A stretch of 32,670 nucleotides of DNA, taken from the NCBI GenBank assembly GCA_001275005.1, contig JWZX01003304.1, positions 1-32,670 on the forward strand. The letters are read 5' to 3'. Numbering within the stretch: the stretch's first letter is position 1; each line of letters starts with the position of its first letter. The translations under genes and the position numbers were made by a program. This stretch comes from Chrysochromulina tobinii (taxonomy: Eukaryota). The notes below the pieces were generated by a model. That model had not been told where the DNA came from and made no database searches. It saw only the letters and a list, made by a program, of their open reading frames with translations. Below are positions 1 through 11,481 of this stretch, piece by piece.

Positions 1-31
<31 letters not shown>
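1..31 (+). repeat. (GCC)n microsatellite, read as poly-Ala in the ATPase frame
   Basis: About 10 perfect GCC units at the window start. Confidence 0.9.
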
Positions 32-3000
32 TCCTCGCCTTCGTCGGTGCCGCTCGACCTGATCATCCCTGCGGACGTGCTCGTGCTTCGTGGCTCGGCG
101 GTGGTCAACGAGGCGACCCTCACCGGAGAGTCGGTGCCGCAGATGAAGGATCGTCTCGCCGTGGAGGCGAGCGCCATGCGCGCGGCGCACGCGGCGGGCG
201 CCGACGCGGCGGCGGCGGCGGTCGGAGGCAAGCGGCTCGACATGAACGGCGCCGATCGGATCCACGTCATGTTCGCCGGCACGTCGCTCGTGACGGCGAC
301 CGAGGGCAGTGCCGAGGTGGCCGCTCCCGGCGTGCCGCCCACTCCCGACGGCGGCTGCCTCTGCTACGTGCTGCGTTCGGGCTTCCTTTCGGCTCAAGGG
401 GAGCTGATGATGATGATCGAGTTTTCGCAGCAAAAGGTGAGCGACGACTCGGTGGACACGATGATTGCTCTCCTCATCCTGCTCGTGTTCGCACTCGCCG
501 CCTCCTTCTTCGTCTTCCGGCGCGGCCTCGAGAAGGGCGACCGCACGACGCACGAGCTCCTCCTCAAGTGCGTCATCATCGTCACCTCGGTGGTGCCACG
601 CCACTTGCCCATGCAGACGGCGCTCGCGGTCAACACGGCGCTCATGGCGCTGATGAGATCCGGCATCATGTGCACGGAACCCTTTCGAGTGCCGACCGCG
701 GGCAAGATCGATGCCATCCTCTTCGACAAGACGGGCACCCTCACGACCGACAAGCTCGTACCCGTCGGCATCGTCAACCACGACGGCAAGGTCGAGGCCA
801 AGCGCGGCAGCCTTCCCGCAGATTTTGGGGGCTCGCCCACGACGCTCACGACGACGCTGCCCGAGGAGCTGCCGGTCGCCTCGTCCTCCTCGCGCTGCGC
901 CGTCGTGCTCGCTGGCTGCCACTCGCTCATCGCGGTCGGCGGCATCGCCGAGCTGCTCGGCGACCCGATCGAGACGGCCTCGCTCGCGGGCGTGCGATGG
1001 TCTTACGACCACGCCACCCAGACCGCGACGCCAGGCGACTTTGCGACGCTCGATCCTCTGATCGCGCGTCTCAAGAAGCAGCTCGAGCCGCCGGTGAGCC
1101 CCGGGATCAAGGTGGATGGCACGCCTGCCGAGCCGCCCCCCCCGATGCCCAAGGAGACCCTCGATAAGATCAAGGCCGAGCTTCAGTCCGCCGAAGCGTC
1201 CCGCCAGAGCGCGACCGAGCTGCGCAAGGCGAGTGACGTGGCCAAGGTCGTGCTCGTCCACCGGCACCACTTCTCGTCGGCGCTCGGCCGCATGTGCGCG
1301 ATCGCCATGGTGTACCCCAGGGAGGGGCCGCCCTCGGCGCAGGTGCTCGCCAAGGGCTCTCCAGAGGCCATCAAGCGGCTGCTCGCGCCGAATGCGTGCC
1401 CCGCCTGGTACGATGCCAAGTACCGCGCGCTCGCCGAGCGTGGCATGCGGGTGCTCGCTCTGGCGCACCGCGAGGCGGGCACGGGCGACGCGCAGGCGGC
1501 CGCCCTCGCCGCCGAGCCTCGCGACACTGTGGAGCGCGACCTTGTCTTCGACGGCTTCATCGCGTTTGCATGCAAGACTCGCGCGGACTCGCCCACCGTG
1601 GTGCACGCGCTGATCGAGAGCGCCCACTACGTGGCGATGCTCACGGGCGACGCGCCGCTCACCGCCCTCCACGTGGCCAAGGAGGTGGGCATCTGCTCCG
1701 ACAGGCGGCAGGCGCTGCTGCTCGTCAACGACGGCACAGAGGAAGCGCCCGATCTACGCTGGGTACTCGCCGTCGGCGGCTCTGACGAAACCGTCGCCCC
1801 CTTCGACGCGGCGAAGCTTCCCGAGCTTGGCGCCAAGTTTGACCTGATGACGACGGGCGACGCTCTCGAGGCGGCAGGGGTCGCCTCGGGAGGCGCCTCG
1901 TGGTCTCACATGCGCCAGCTGCGCGTCTTCGCCCGCATGTCGCCTTCCGGGAAGGCGACAGTGATCCGGATGCTCCAGGAGCGATCAGGCTGCAAGGTGC
2001 TCATGTGCGGCGACGGTGGGAACGACGTGGGCGCGCTCAAGCAGAGCGACGTGGGGCTCGCGCTGCTCTCCGGCTACGGCAACACCAACACCTCCGACGA
2101 GGAGGTCAAGGCGGGCGCCACCCAAGCCCTCGCCCCCGGCACTCGCGAAGCGCACATGTCGGGGGCCGAACAGGCGCTCAATCAGAGCGCGCGCAACCTC
2201 GCCAAGAAGGCTGCCGAGTCGGCCAGACTGCAGCGCGACGCCCTGAAGGCGAAGCAGAAGGAGCTGCAGGCGCTGCAGCAGGTGTGGATGAAAGAGGAGA
2301 TCGACGCGATGACCGCGCGCGGTGAGGAGGTGGGCGCGATGGCCACCTTCCGCGTGATGAAGTCCACCCTCGGGCGCATGCAACGAGAGCTCTACGCGGA
2401 GCGCGTGCGCCTCGCGGCCATCCACGGCAACATCTACGACGACATCAAGAAGGAGGCCATGGGTAACATGGAAGAGGCTGGAGAGAGGACGCTTCCGATG
2501 GTGCGCCCGGGCGATGCCTCGGTCGCGGCCCCCTTCACCTCGCGCGCGCCTTCGGTGCGTCACATCGTCGACCTCGTGCGCCAGGGGCGGTGCACACTCC
2601 TCTCGGCGCTGCAGCAGCAGCAGATCATGATGCTCGAGAGCACGATCACCGCCTTCGTGTACTCGGCTCTCTCACTCGAGGGGGCGCGCTCGTCCGAGCG
2701 CCAGATGATCGCCTCGTCGTGGCTGCTCATGATCGCACAACTCGCCTTCTCATACGCGACCCCGATCGAGAAGATGCACCCGGAGCGCCCGCTGCGCTCG
2801 CTCTTCCACCCGGCAATTGGCTTCTCGATGCTCGGGCAGGCGGCCATCCACCTGTTCGCCATGTACACCGCTGTACAGATGGCGCGCGATGTGATGGGCC
2901 CCGCCAAGCTGCAGGAGGTGCTCGAGTTCCACCGGCGCGAGCGGCTGCGCGAGCAGCAGCAGGCCCTCTCGGACAAGGCGATGGAGGAGGGCGACTACAT

Positions 3001-3550
3001 GGCGTCGATGATGGCGCTCTGGACAACCCCCTTCATGCCCAATCTGCTCAACACGGCGGTGTTCCTCGTCGAGACCTCTCAGTGCATCGCCGTGCTCCTC
3101 GTCAACTACAAGGGGCGGCCGTTCATGAAGGGCATGCTCGAGAACCACCCGCTCTTCCTCTCCGTCTTTGCGTGTGTCGCCATGTGCGTCTGCTGCGCGT
3201 GGGGCGTCTTCCCCGAGCTCAACACGCTCATCCACCTCGAGCCTTTCCCCGACGACGCCTTCCGCTTCAAGGTGATCGGCCTCGTGCTCGCCTCGCTCTT
3301 CGGCACCTTCCTGTGGGACCGGCTTTGCACGTACATCTGGGCGCCGCGCATCTTCCAGGCCATGATGGACGAGGCCAAGACGACCAGTTTCGTCGACCTG
3401 ATGCCCGCGTTCCAGTCGCTCGCCAAGGTGCTCGGCGTCATCGTGATGCTCTCCACCGGCAACCTCCTCTTCCTCATCATCGGCTGGTTCGTGTACAAGA
3501 AGTTTAACGAGGCGCAGGCCAAGCAGTTGGCGGAGCAGCAGGGCAGATGA
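2..3550 (+). CDS. P5A-type ATPase (Spf1/ATP13A1-like), 5'-truncated by the window edge
   Basis: Open frame from base 2 (poly-Ala) to TGA at 3550. P-type motifs present: NEATLTGES, DKTGTLT, KGSPE, MLTGD, VFARMSP, LMCGDGGNDVGALK. P5A-specific GDASVAAPFTS...RQGRCTL and NYKGRPFM...EN are followed by C-terminal TM helices. Confidence 0.93.
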
Positions 3551-4184
3551 TCCGGGAGAGAGAGACGACGAGGAGGAAGGGCGGCTCTTTCGTTGTGCGA
3601 GAGTGCCACGAAGCACACGCGTCGGGATGTGGGACCCCTTTCCCTTTGCTGCCCTTAGATCTCCGCTCTGCACTGCAATACTTTCTTCTCGCCTAGTGTT
3701 TGTCTCTGTTGGCTTTTGTTGGCTACGTGTCACGATGTGGAGCTCATGTGTAGTGCATGTCCTGGAGTGGACGGTGGCGTGCTGCCAAGTGCCGCATGGT
3801 CCATGGCCGGGCGTGTTGCTATCGTTGGAGGGAGGTGCGCGCGGGGCGACGGCCGACGCGGAACGGTGCTCGGCGTCCTCGGTGGAGCCGAGCAATGGTG
3901 AATGTTAGGTGAATGGAGAAACGCGCCGAAGATATATAATAATCGCGATTTCTCTACACGTACTACCTTCACGACGCTTCAGCGCGTCGTGCCCTCCGGG
4001 CTGTTGCGTGATCGGGTCAGTGTGCCGTATGCGCCGTGGCGAAGTCCCAAAATGCCAGGGGCAGAGCAACGAGGATGTGCCTTTTTAGGAACGGAACTTC
4101 TTCGTGTCGCGGAGAATTTTGGCTGCAGCTCAAACCACAGCGACTGGGCGGCCACGGACGGAGGCTGGAGCTGCAGCTGGAGAC

Positions 4185-5665
4185 ATGCCGGCCACCGCCC
4201 GCGCGCCCATTGGCAAGAAGCTGGAAGGCGGCAAGTCGAGTAGCGCCTCTGGAAAAGTCGAAACGCCCAAGGCTACGCCCAGGGCAGCCGGAACGACCAA
4301 GGAGACGCCCAGGGGAGCCGGCAAGCAAAAGGCGAAGAAATCGAGTCGCGAACTGGATGCCGGAAGTAGCGCAAATGAAGGTGGCAAAACTTCAAAGAAA
4401 GGAAACAAGAAAGCGCTGTTGCTGACCCTTGAGAGGCTGCTGGAATACGTAGCCATGAGTCGCGCAAAGACGGAGGAATTTGAGAAGATGGTGGGCTCCT
4501 TTGTTTCGCTCACGTCCAAGCTTGGCAACACGCTGAACAAATACTTCGAATCCGGCAAGAAGGAGATGGACATATTTAAGGAGATGGACAAGAATGGCGA
4601 CGGGAAGATTGTGCGCGCGAGAGAGAAACGCCCTGCTGACGGTTGGGGATGCGCATAGAGTGACCTGGAGCTCGCATGCCACAGAGGACGCACGCGGGTG
4701 CTCAACTCACGTGCTCGACTCACGTGCTTGCACAGTCAAAAATGGAGTTTCGGCAGTATCTGCGCGACATCGGCATCATGGGCAAGGCCTTTACGGCCGC
4801 ACAGGTGGACAAGCTCTTTATGGAGCTTGATGTTGACTTGTCGGGTGAGCTCAGTCCAAGTGAGATCGTCGAGGGCGTGGTACTCTTCAAGAAGAATGCC
4901 AAGGAAGCCAAGGAGAAGACGCAAAAGGCCGAGGCAAATGCGGCCCATTGGCGTGCGCGGGCGGCTTGTGCCGAGAAGGCTGCGGAAGCTGTCCGACGGT
5001 ATGAAGATGCCAAGCTCGAGATAGAGAGGATCAAGAACGAGCCCTCGGCAGAGTCGCGCCTTGCCGAGATGTTCAGGAAGAAGAACCTCAAACCCATGGA
5101 CATGATGCAGCAGTTCGACAATGACAAGAATGGCGCCATCGACCTGTCAGAGTTCATGTTTAACATCCGGAAGATGGGCCTCGAGGCGTCCGACGAGGAT
5201 CTTGGGCGCATCTTCGCGTCGTTCGATTCGGATGGCAGCGGCACCCTGGACATGAAGGAGCTGCAAACGAACATGCACAAACTGAACGATGCCCAGTCGG
5301 CCGAGGCGGAATTGCTCAAGACGTTGCAAAAAGACCTTAAAACTCTGCAGCTTGCGGCACAAGCTGAACAGGAAGTCGTGCAACAGCAAATCGAGGAGGA
5401 CGAGGCGACCGAGAAGGCGGAGGCGGCCCTGAAGGCGGAGGCGGCGAAGAGGAAGGAGGAGGAGGAGGCGTTGGCCCTGGCCAAGGCGGAGGAGGCCAAG
5501 AAAAAGAAGGAAGCCAAGCTCGCAGAGGAGAAAGCGCTCTTTGAAGAGAAAGTGTACGAGCGACGTTTGCAGAAGCAGAATACCATCGCCGGCATCAAGG
5601 ACACGATGCCCATGCCGCTCGCCAAGGCTCTCACGAAGAGGAAGAGCGGAGACGAAGAAGACTGA
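4185..5665 (+). CDS. Multi-EF-hand calcium-binding / coiled-coil protein (~451 aa; exons 4185-4610, 4736-5665)
   Basis: Splicing restores EF loop DKNGDGKI|SKMEF. Further loops are DVDLSGELSPSEI, DNDKNGAIDLSEF and DSDGSGTLDMKEL, with E/K/A-rich helical segments. The start ATG at 4185 is inferred. Confidence 0.85.
4611..4735 (+). other. Spliceosomal intron, 125 nt, phase 0
   Basis: GTGCGC...TTGCACAG. Removal joins two ORFs in frame within an EF-hand. Contains a 13-nt tandem GTGCTC(A/G)ACTCAC x2 plus a partial copy (4698-4728). Confidence 0.88.
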
Positions 5666-6168
5666 AGAGGAAGACCGGAGGCCTGCTGGTGGATGGTGCT
5701 CTCGCATCCGCCGCTGACGCGCCGTTCTTAGCATAATACTTAGTAGGGCAAACGCCCAGAACCCGAGTCGAGAAATCGGTCACGTGTGGTGGACGCCTGG
5801 CGCCGGGCCGCCCCGGGCCAAGTGGCCGTGGGTACACAGTATCCGAACGCGTCTCGGCCTCGGGTCGGGCTAGCGGGCCTGCCTCTGCCTCTCGGAGGGT
5901 ACCGCGCGCTCTAACTAGCCGGCGCGGCGTTCATACGTCCGTTCCGAAACCGATGTAACATGTTAATTGTTATATGTGTAATTATACCGTGATTCAGCGT
6001 GATCGTGAATCGTATATACGTCGTCGGCGGGAGCGCGTGCCGTCCACGCGCCACCACGCGGTTGTAACTTGTAAGGTGATCAAGCCGCGACGTCGGCGGC
6101 AAACAATTCCTACAAGGCTTGTGTCCGCTTGGCACACGCTGTCAGCACGACGCTAGAACGACGAGAAG

Positions 6169-7842
6169 TCAGTAGTTCCATCGGAGCCTCTCGGCGGCGG
6201 TGGCGACATCGCTGAGCTCAAGTTGGCTGGCCAGCTGCTTATACTGCGCGCCGGTCATCTTGGTTGGGCTGAGCCGCGCGTCCTGCACTTGCATCGCTGT
6301 GCGCGACAGCCTCTCTGCCACGCCGCCGTTCTGCTTCGCGCGCCACGCCGCGTCGCTGTGCTCCGCGATGAGGGCGGCGACTGTTTCGACATCAACGCCG
6401 TCGCCGAGGCGGAAGCCGAGCGTCTGAATTTTGAGGAGAGTCATCTGCGCGAGTTCGTCCACGCTGAAGTCGGGGAAGTCGAACGTCATGCCGAAGCGCC
6501 GGCGCAATCCCTCGTTCGCGTCGAGGAAGCGCTTCATGTCGTCGGGGTAGCCCGCGGCGATCACGACCGGATCTCCGGTGGTCAAGTCCTTCATGATCTC
6601 CTCGAGAGCTTCGCGCCCAAAGTCTTTACCGGTATCCGAGCTCGAGGTGAGACGGTACGCCTCGTCGATGAAGAGTACACCACCGGCCGCCTCGTTGATC
6701 TTCTCGCGCGTCTTGGGCCCCGTCTGGCCGATGTGCGACGCCACGAGGTCCGTCCGCTGCACCTCGACGAAGGCGGGTCGGCGGACGGCACCAAGTTCAT
6801 GGAGGAGGCGCGCGACGAGGCGGGCGATGGAGGTCTTGCCGCACCCGGGGTTACCCGTGAAGACCATGTGCAGCGGACCCACGTCCACAAGTGGCGCGCC
6901 AACCTCGAGCCGAAAGCGCCGCTTCACCAGGGTATCTCGCAGCGCTCGAATCTTGTCTTTGATGGGCTCGAGGCCGATGATCTGGGAGAAGCTCGCCTCG
7001 AGATCGAAGGACGAGGCGGCGCTCGGGCGAGGGCGCATGTACCCCATCTTTGGCAGGTGCTCCATTCCCGACACGACGCCCGGCGCGACGATTGGTGCGG
7101 TCGGCACCGTCGCCATAACCGTCGCCATGCCCTCCCGCCGCCCGAGCATGCCGCTCGGCGCCCAAGCGCTCGAGCGCCGCCCTCGCGGCACGGCAGCCGC
7201 GTGATTCGCATCTGCGGCACCGCCGTTGCGGCGCGGCATGGCAGGCCCCCGTGGCGTGTCGTGCGAGTTCAGTGTCAACGTCCGCCGATGCCGTCGCACC
7301 ATGGCCAGAAACTCAGACTCAGACAATGTGGGCGCGGCCTCGTCGCTCGTGCGGCCCATGCGCATAAAGGCATGGACCTGCTGGGGGCTGAAGTGGACGC
7401 TGACCTGCTGCAAAGCGAGATCTACCTCCTCCGCGCTGAGCTCGCCGTCCCCGTCGAGGTCGAATTTATCGAATGCCGCCTTCAGGCTGTCATAGGGCTC
7501 GGCATGGATCAGTCGCTCAAGGGCTGCGGAGGCCTCCGCAGGCGTCGAATTCTGGCGGCGAAGCGGCGGGTTGTATTCGATCTGACTGGTCACCTCCGCG
7601 CCGTTCTCCTTGTCCGCGCCCGTCGCACGCAGCGATCCCAGCGCAGCAAGCACCTTTGATGCTGCGTCGGCCCGAGCAGCCTCTGCACGCTGTCGCCGCC
7701 CGACGACGTCGCCGGCTCCAAAGTCGGGCGGGGCGATGCCACCTGGCTGCGCACCTGCGGGTGGTTTTGGCCGGAAGGAGATGAAGGGTGAGTCCATAGC
7801 CACCGGCGGCGAGGCCGCCTGCGATTGCCTGCGACGACGCAT
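6169..7842 (-). CDS. EF-hand + CbbX/SpoVK-like AAA+ ATPase (~557 aa)
   Basis: EF loop DLDGDGELSAEEV. AAA motifs HMVFTGNPGCGKT (Walker A), VQRTDLV..HIGQTGPKT, GGVLFIDEAYRL (Walker B), VVIAAGY and NEGLRRRF...FDFPDF. Start is at 7842 or 7797. Confidence 0.88.
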   Translation of the reverse strand: MRRRRQSQAASPPVAMDSPFISFRPKPPAGAQPGGIAPPDFGAGDVVGRRQRAEAARADAASKVLAALGSLRATGADKENGAEVTSQIEYNPPLRRQNSTPAEASAALERLIHAEPYDSLKAAFDKFDLDGDGELSAEEVDLALQQVSVHFSPQQVHAFMRMGRTSDEAAPTLSESEFLAMVRRHRRTLTLNSHDTPRGPAMPRRNGGAADANHAAAVPRGRRSSAWAPSGMLGRREGMATVMATVPTAPIVAPGVVSGMEHLPKMGYMRPRPSAASSFDLEASFSQIIGLEPIKDKIRALRDTLVKRRFRLEVGAPLVDVGPLHMVFTGNPGCGKTSIARLVARLLHELGAVRRPAFVEVQRTDLVASHIGQTGPKTREKINEAAGGVLFIDEAYRLTSSSDTGKDFGREALEEIMKDLTTGDPVVIAAGYPDDMKRFLDANEGLRRRFGMTFDFPDFSVDELAQMTLLKIQTLGFRLGDGVDVETVAALIAEHSDAAWRAKQNGGVAERLSRTAMQVQDARLSPTKMTGAQYKQLASQLELSDVATAAERLRWNY

Positions 7843-8055
7843 ATGTCCTCTCGTTTGAGTGAAAAAGCGAGCGCAAAAAACCCGCGAGGAGGTACGGTAT
7901 TTTACGGAGCGCGCGCCGACCGCCCCCCCATGCCACTCACCATGCACCAGCCGCCCTTACAGCCGCCCCGCCGTCCCTGTCAACTCTCGCAAATTGGGTC
8001 AGAGCGTGTCCTCTGTCTCCGCTCGGCCGCTCTCGGCTCTCCTCCCCCAATTAGG

Positions 8056-8158
8056 CAATGTCCCATGTCCTCCCCCATGTGCCATGACCCATGCCCTCCC
8101 CATGGTCCATGACCCATGCCCTCCCCATGGTCCATGACCCAACTGTCCTCCCCATGGT
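8056..8158. repeat. ~25-nt tandem repeat (CCATGACCCATGCCCTCCCCATGGT), 2 perfect + 2 degenerate copies, just 3' of the OAT stop
   Basis: Perfect units at 8082-8106 and 8107-8131; variants at 8056-8081 and 8132-8158. Confidence 0.85.
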
Positions 8159-8165
8159 CCTCCTC

Positions 8166-9797
<1,632 letters not shown>

Positions 9798-10225
9798 GTG
9801 TTCAACACAACTTCTAACCCCCCAAGCATGAGGGCCATTATCACATGGACGGAGGTGTGTCCGGACGGGGCCATCTTGCATCTACGATGTCGATGAGCGT
9901 GTGAACTCATGTGAACTCCGCAATTGAGTGAACTCCGCGCGAATGTGGAATGATGCGCGCGTATTATGGCGCGTATGTCCCGTCGGGGTACATGTGAATA
10001 TAGTCTGCGGTAACACTGTACGACTGTCAACACCGCACATAGTCAGCTTCCATCACACACACCGTAGTAAGTGCTCAGGTGGGAGCTCGGCCGCGTGATC
10101 ATATCCTATTGTGTCAGTTGATGTGATGGCTGTGCCTGTTCAGTGTCTGCCGTTCGTGTCTCGTCTGTGTGTCGTAGACCCGTGGGAGTGAGAGACTTAG
10201 CTCAGCCGCTATGTCCCCGGCGTAG

Positions 10226-11245
10226 TCACCCTCGTGCGACGCCGAGTCCGCACTTAGCCTTGATGTGCGCCGCATCGAGCTCGGGTGCCGGCTTGATGCG
10301 CACCTGGTACATCTTGTCCCACTGCTTGCCGGTTACGTAGAGGCGCCCGCTCGGCTCGTGATACGCGATGCCGTTGAGCACGTAGCTGCCCGGGTTGCGC
10401 TTGACACGCGCGCTTTGCAGGTCGAAGAGGCCGTGCATGTCGATCCACCCCTTGACCTCGCCCGTGGCAGGATCGATGCGTGCGATGCACTCCGAATGGG
10501 AGCCCTGGTACATGGGGTACAGGTTGCCCCACAGCTCGCCACCCACCATCTCGAGCTCGTTGACCCCGTGGACGGAGAAGGGCGTGCCATCTTTGTGGGC
10601 GAGCTTCGGGTCCGTGATCGTCTTCTTACTCAGCAACCGGCGGTCCGACAGTGCCAGAGTGTAGAGCTGGTCTGAGCCGTCGGTCGTGTAGAGTTTGTCG
10701 CCGTCTCCCGCGAGCCCCCATCCCTCATAGTCGTGCGGGTGGTCCTTCACCTTCTGGAGGTCACCCGCCACGAGCGTCGCGAGTGCAATGCTGCCCGGCG
10801 CGGCGTGAGCGCCTGGCGAGGCGCTGTTGATCGTGTACTCATGCATCACCTTCTCCTTCCACGTGATCTGAAGGAGCTTGTCACCGACGATCGTGATGCC
10901 CTCGGCAAATTCGGTTGTAGGTAGCGGCACACTCTTGAGGGTCGAGGTCGTGCCGTCGGCATTCACTTGGACGGAGCGGACGCTCGACTGATGGTACAGC
11001 CCATCGCTCTCGTACAGTGTGCCAGCGGCGCTGAAGGCGAGGCCTTGCGTGAAGGCATTCGGGTCATGGTCAAAGGTGGCCACGATCTCGTATGTGCTGA
11101 CGTACGAGTCCGTCAACTGGCTCGAGTCCACGCCGAGATGGCGCACATGCGATTCGTCCTCGTTGGCCATCAGGGTCGAGTGGCGTGACGACGAATTTCC
11201 GGCAGCCATCAAAACGAGCGTCACCAATGTCGATGCGCGCATCAT
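10226..11245 (-). CDS. Glutaminyl-peptide cyclotransferase (plant/bacterial beta-propeller type)
   Basis: HDPNAFTQGL, LYESDGLY, FAEGIT, QITW, EGWGL, DGSD, NELE, GWID, VLNGIAY and VTGKQW match the glutamine cyclotransferase family. Short hydrophobic N-terminus. Confidence 0.92.
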   Translation of the reverse strand: MMRASTLVTLVLMAAGNSSSRHSTLMANEDESHVRHLGVDSSQLTDSYVSTYEIVATFDHDPNAFTQGLAFSAAGTLYESDGLYHQSSVRSVQVNADGTTSTLKSVPLPTTEFAEGITIVGDKLLQITWKEKVMHEYTINSASPGAHAAPGSIALATLVAGDLQKVKDHPHDYEGWGLAGDGDKLYTTDGSDQLYTLALSDRRLLSKKTITDPKLAHKDGTPFSVHGVNELEMVGGELWGNLYPMYQGSHSECIARIDPATGEVKGWIDMHGLFDLQSARVKRNPGSYVLNGIAYHEPSGRLYVTGKQWDKMYQVRIKPAPELDAAHIKAKCGLGVARG

Positions 11246-11481
11246 CGAACAGCTGGAGCTGCTGACACTACTGCTGCCAGCGGCCCGTTTCTACGACGTC
11301 GCTGCGCCCGCCCAGGGGAAAAAAGGTCCGAGCATTATTTTTTCCTTTTTTTAGGAAGTCGCCTTGGATTGACCTCAAAACTTCAATCCGGGGACGCCAA
11401 TGGCATGACAAGCGCGCTCATGATTTCGGTAAACTTTCAAGATCCGCGAGCCCGCTGAGTACGTGGCAAATCGGACGATCC

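Noticed and set aside
5940..6020. AT-rich patch with short palindromes (TAACATGTTA, CGTATATACG) as a MITE or ncRNA
   Set aside because: No terminal inverted repeats or target-site duplication, and no recognisable RNA fold. It fits a 3'-end region between convergent genes.
6169..7000. Calling the AAA protein Rubisco activase cbbX
   Set aside because: It lacks the pore-loop Tyr and plastid targeting, and has a different domain architecture.
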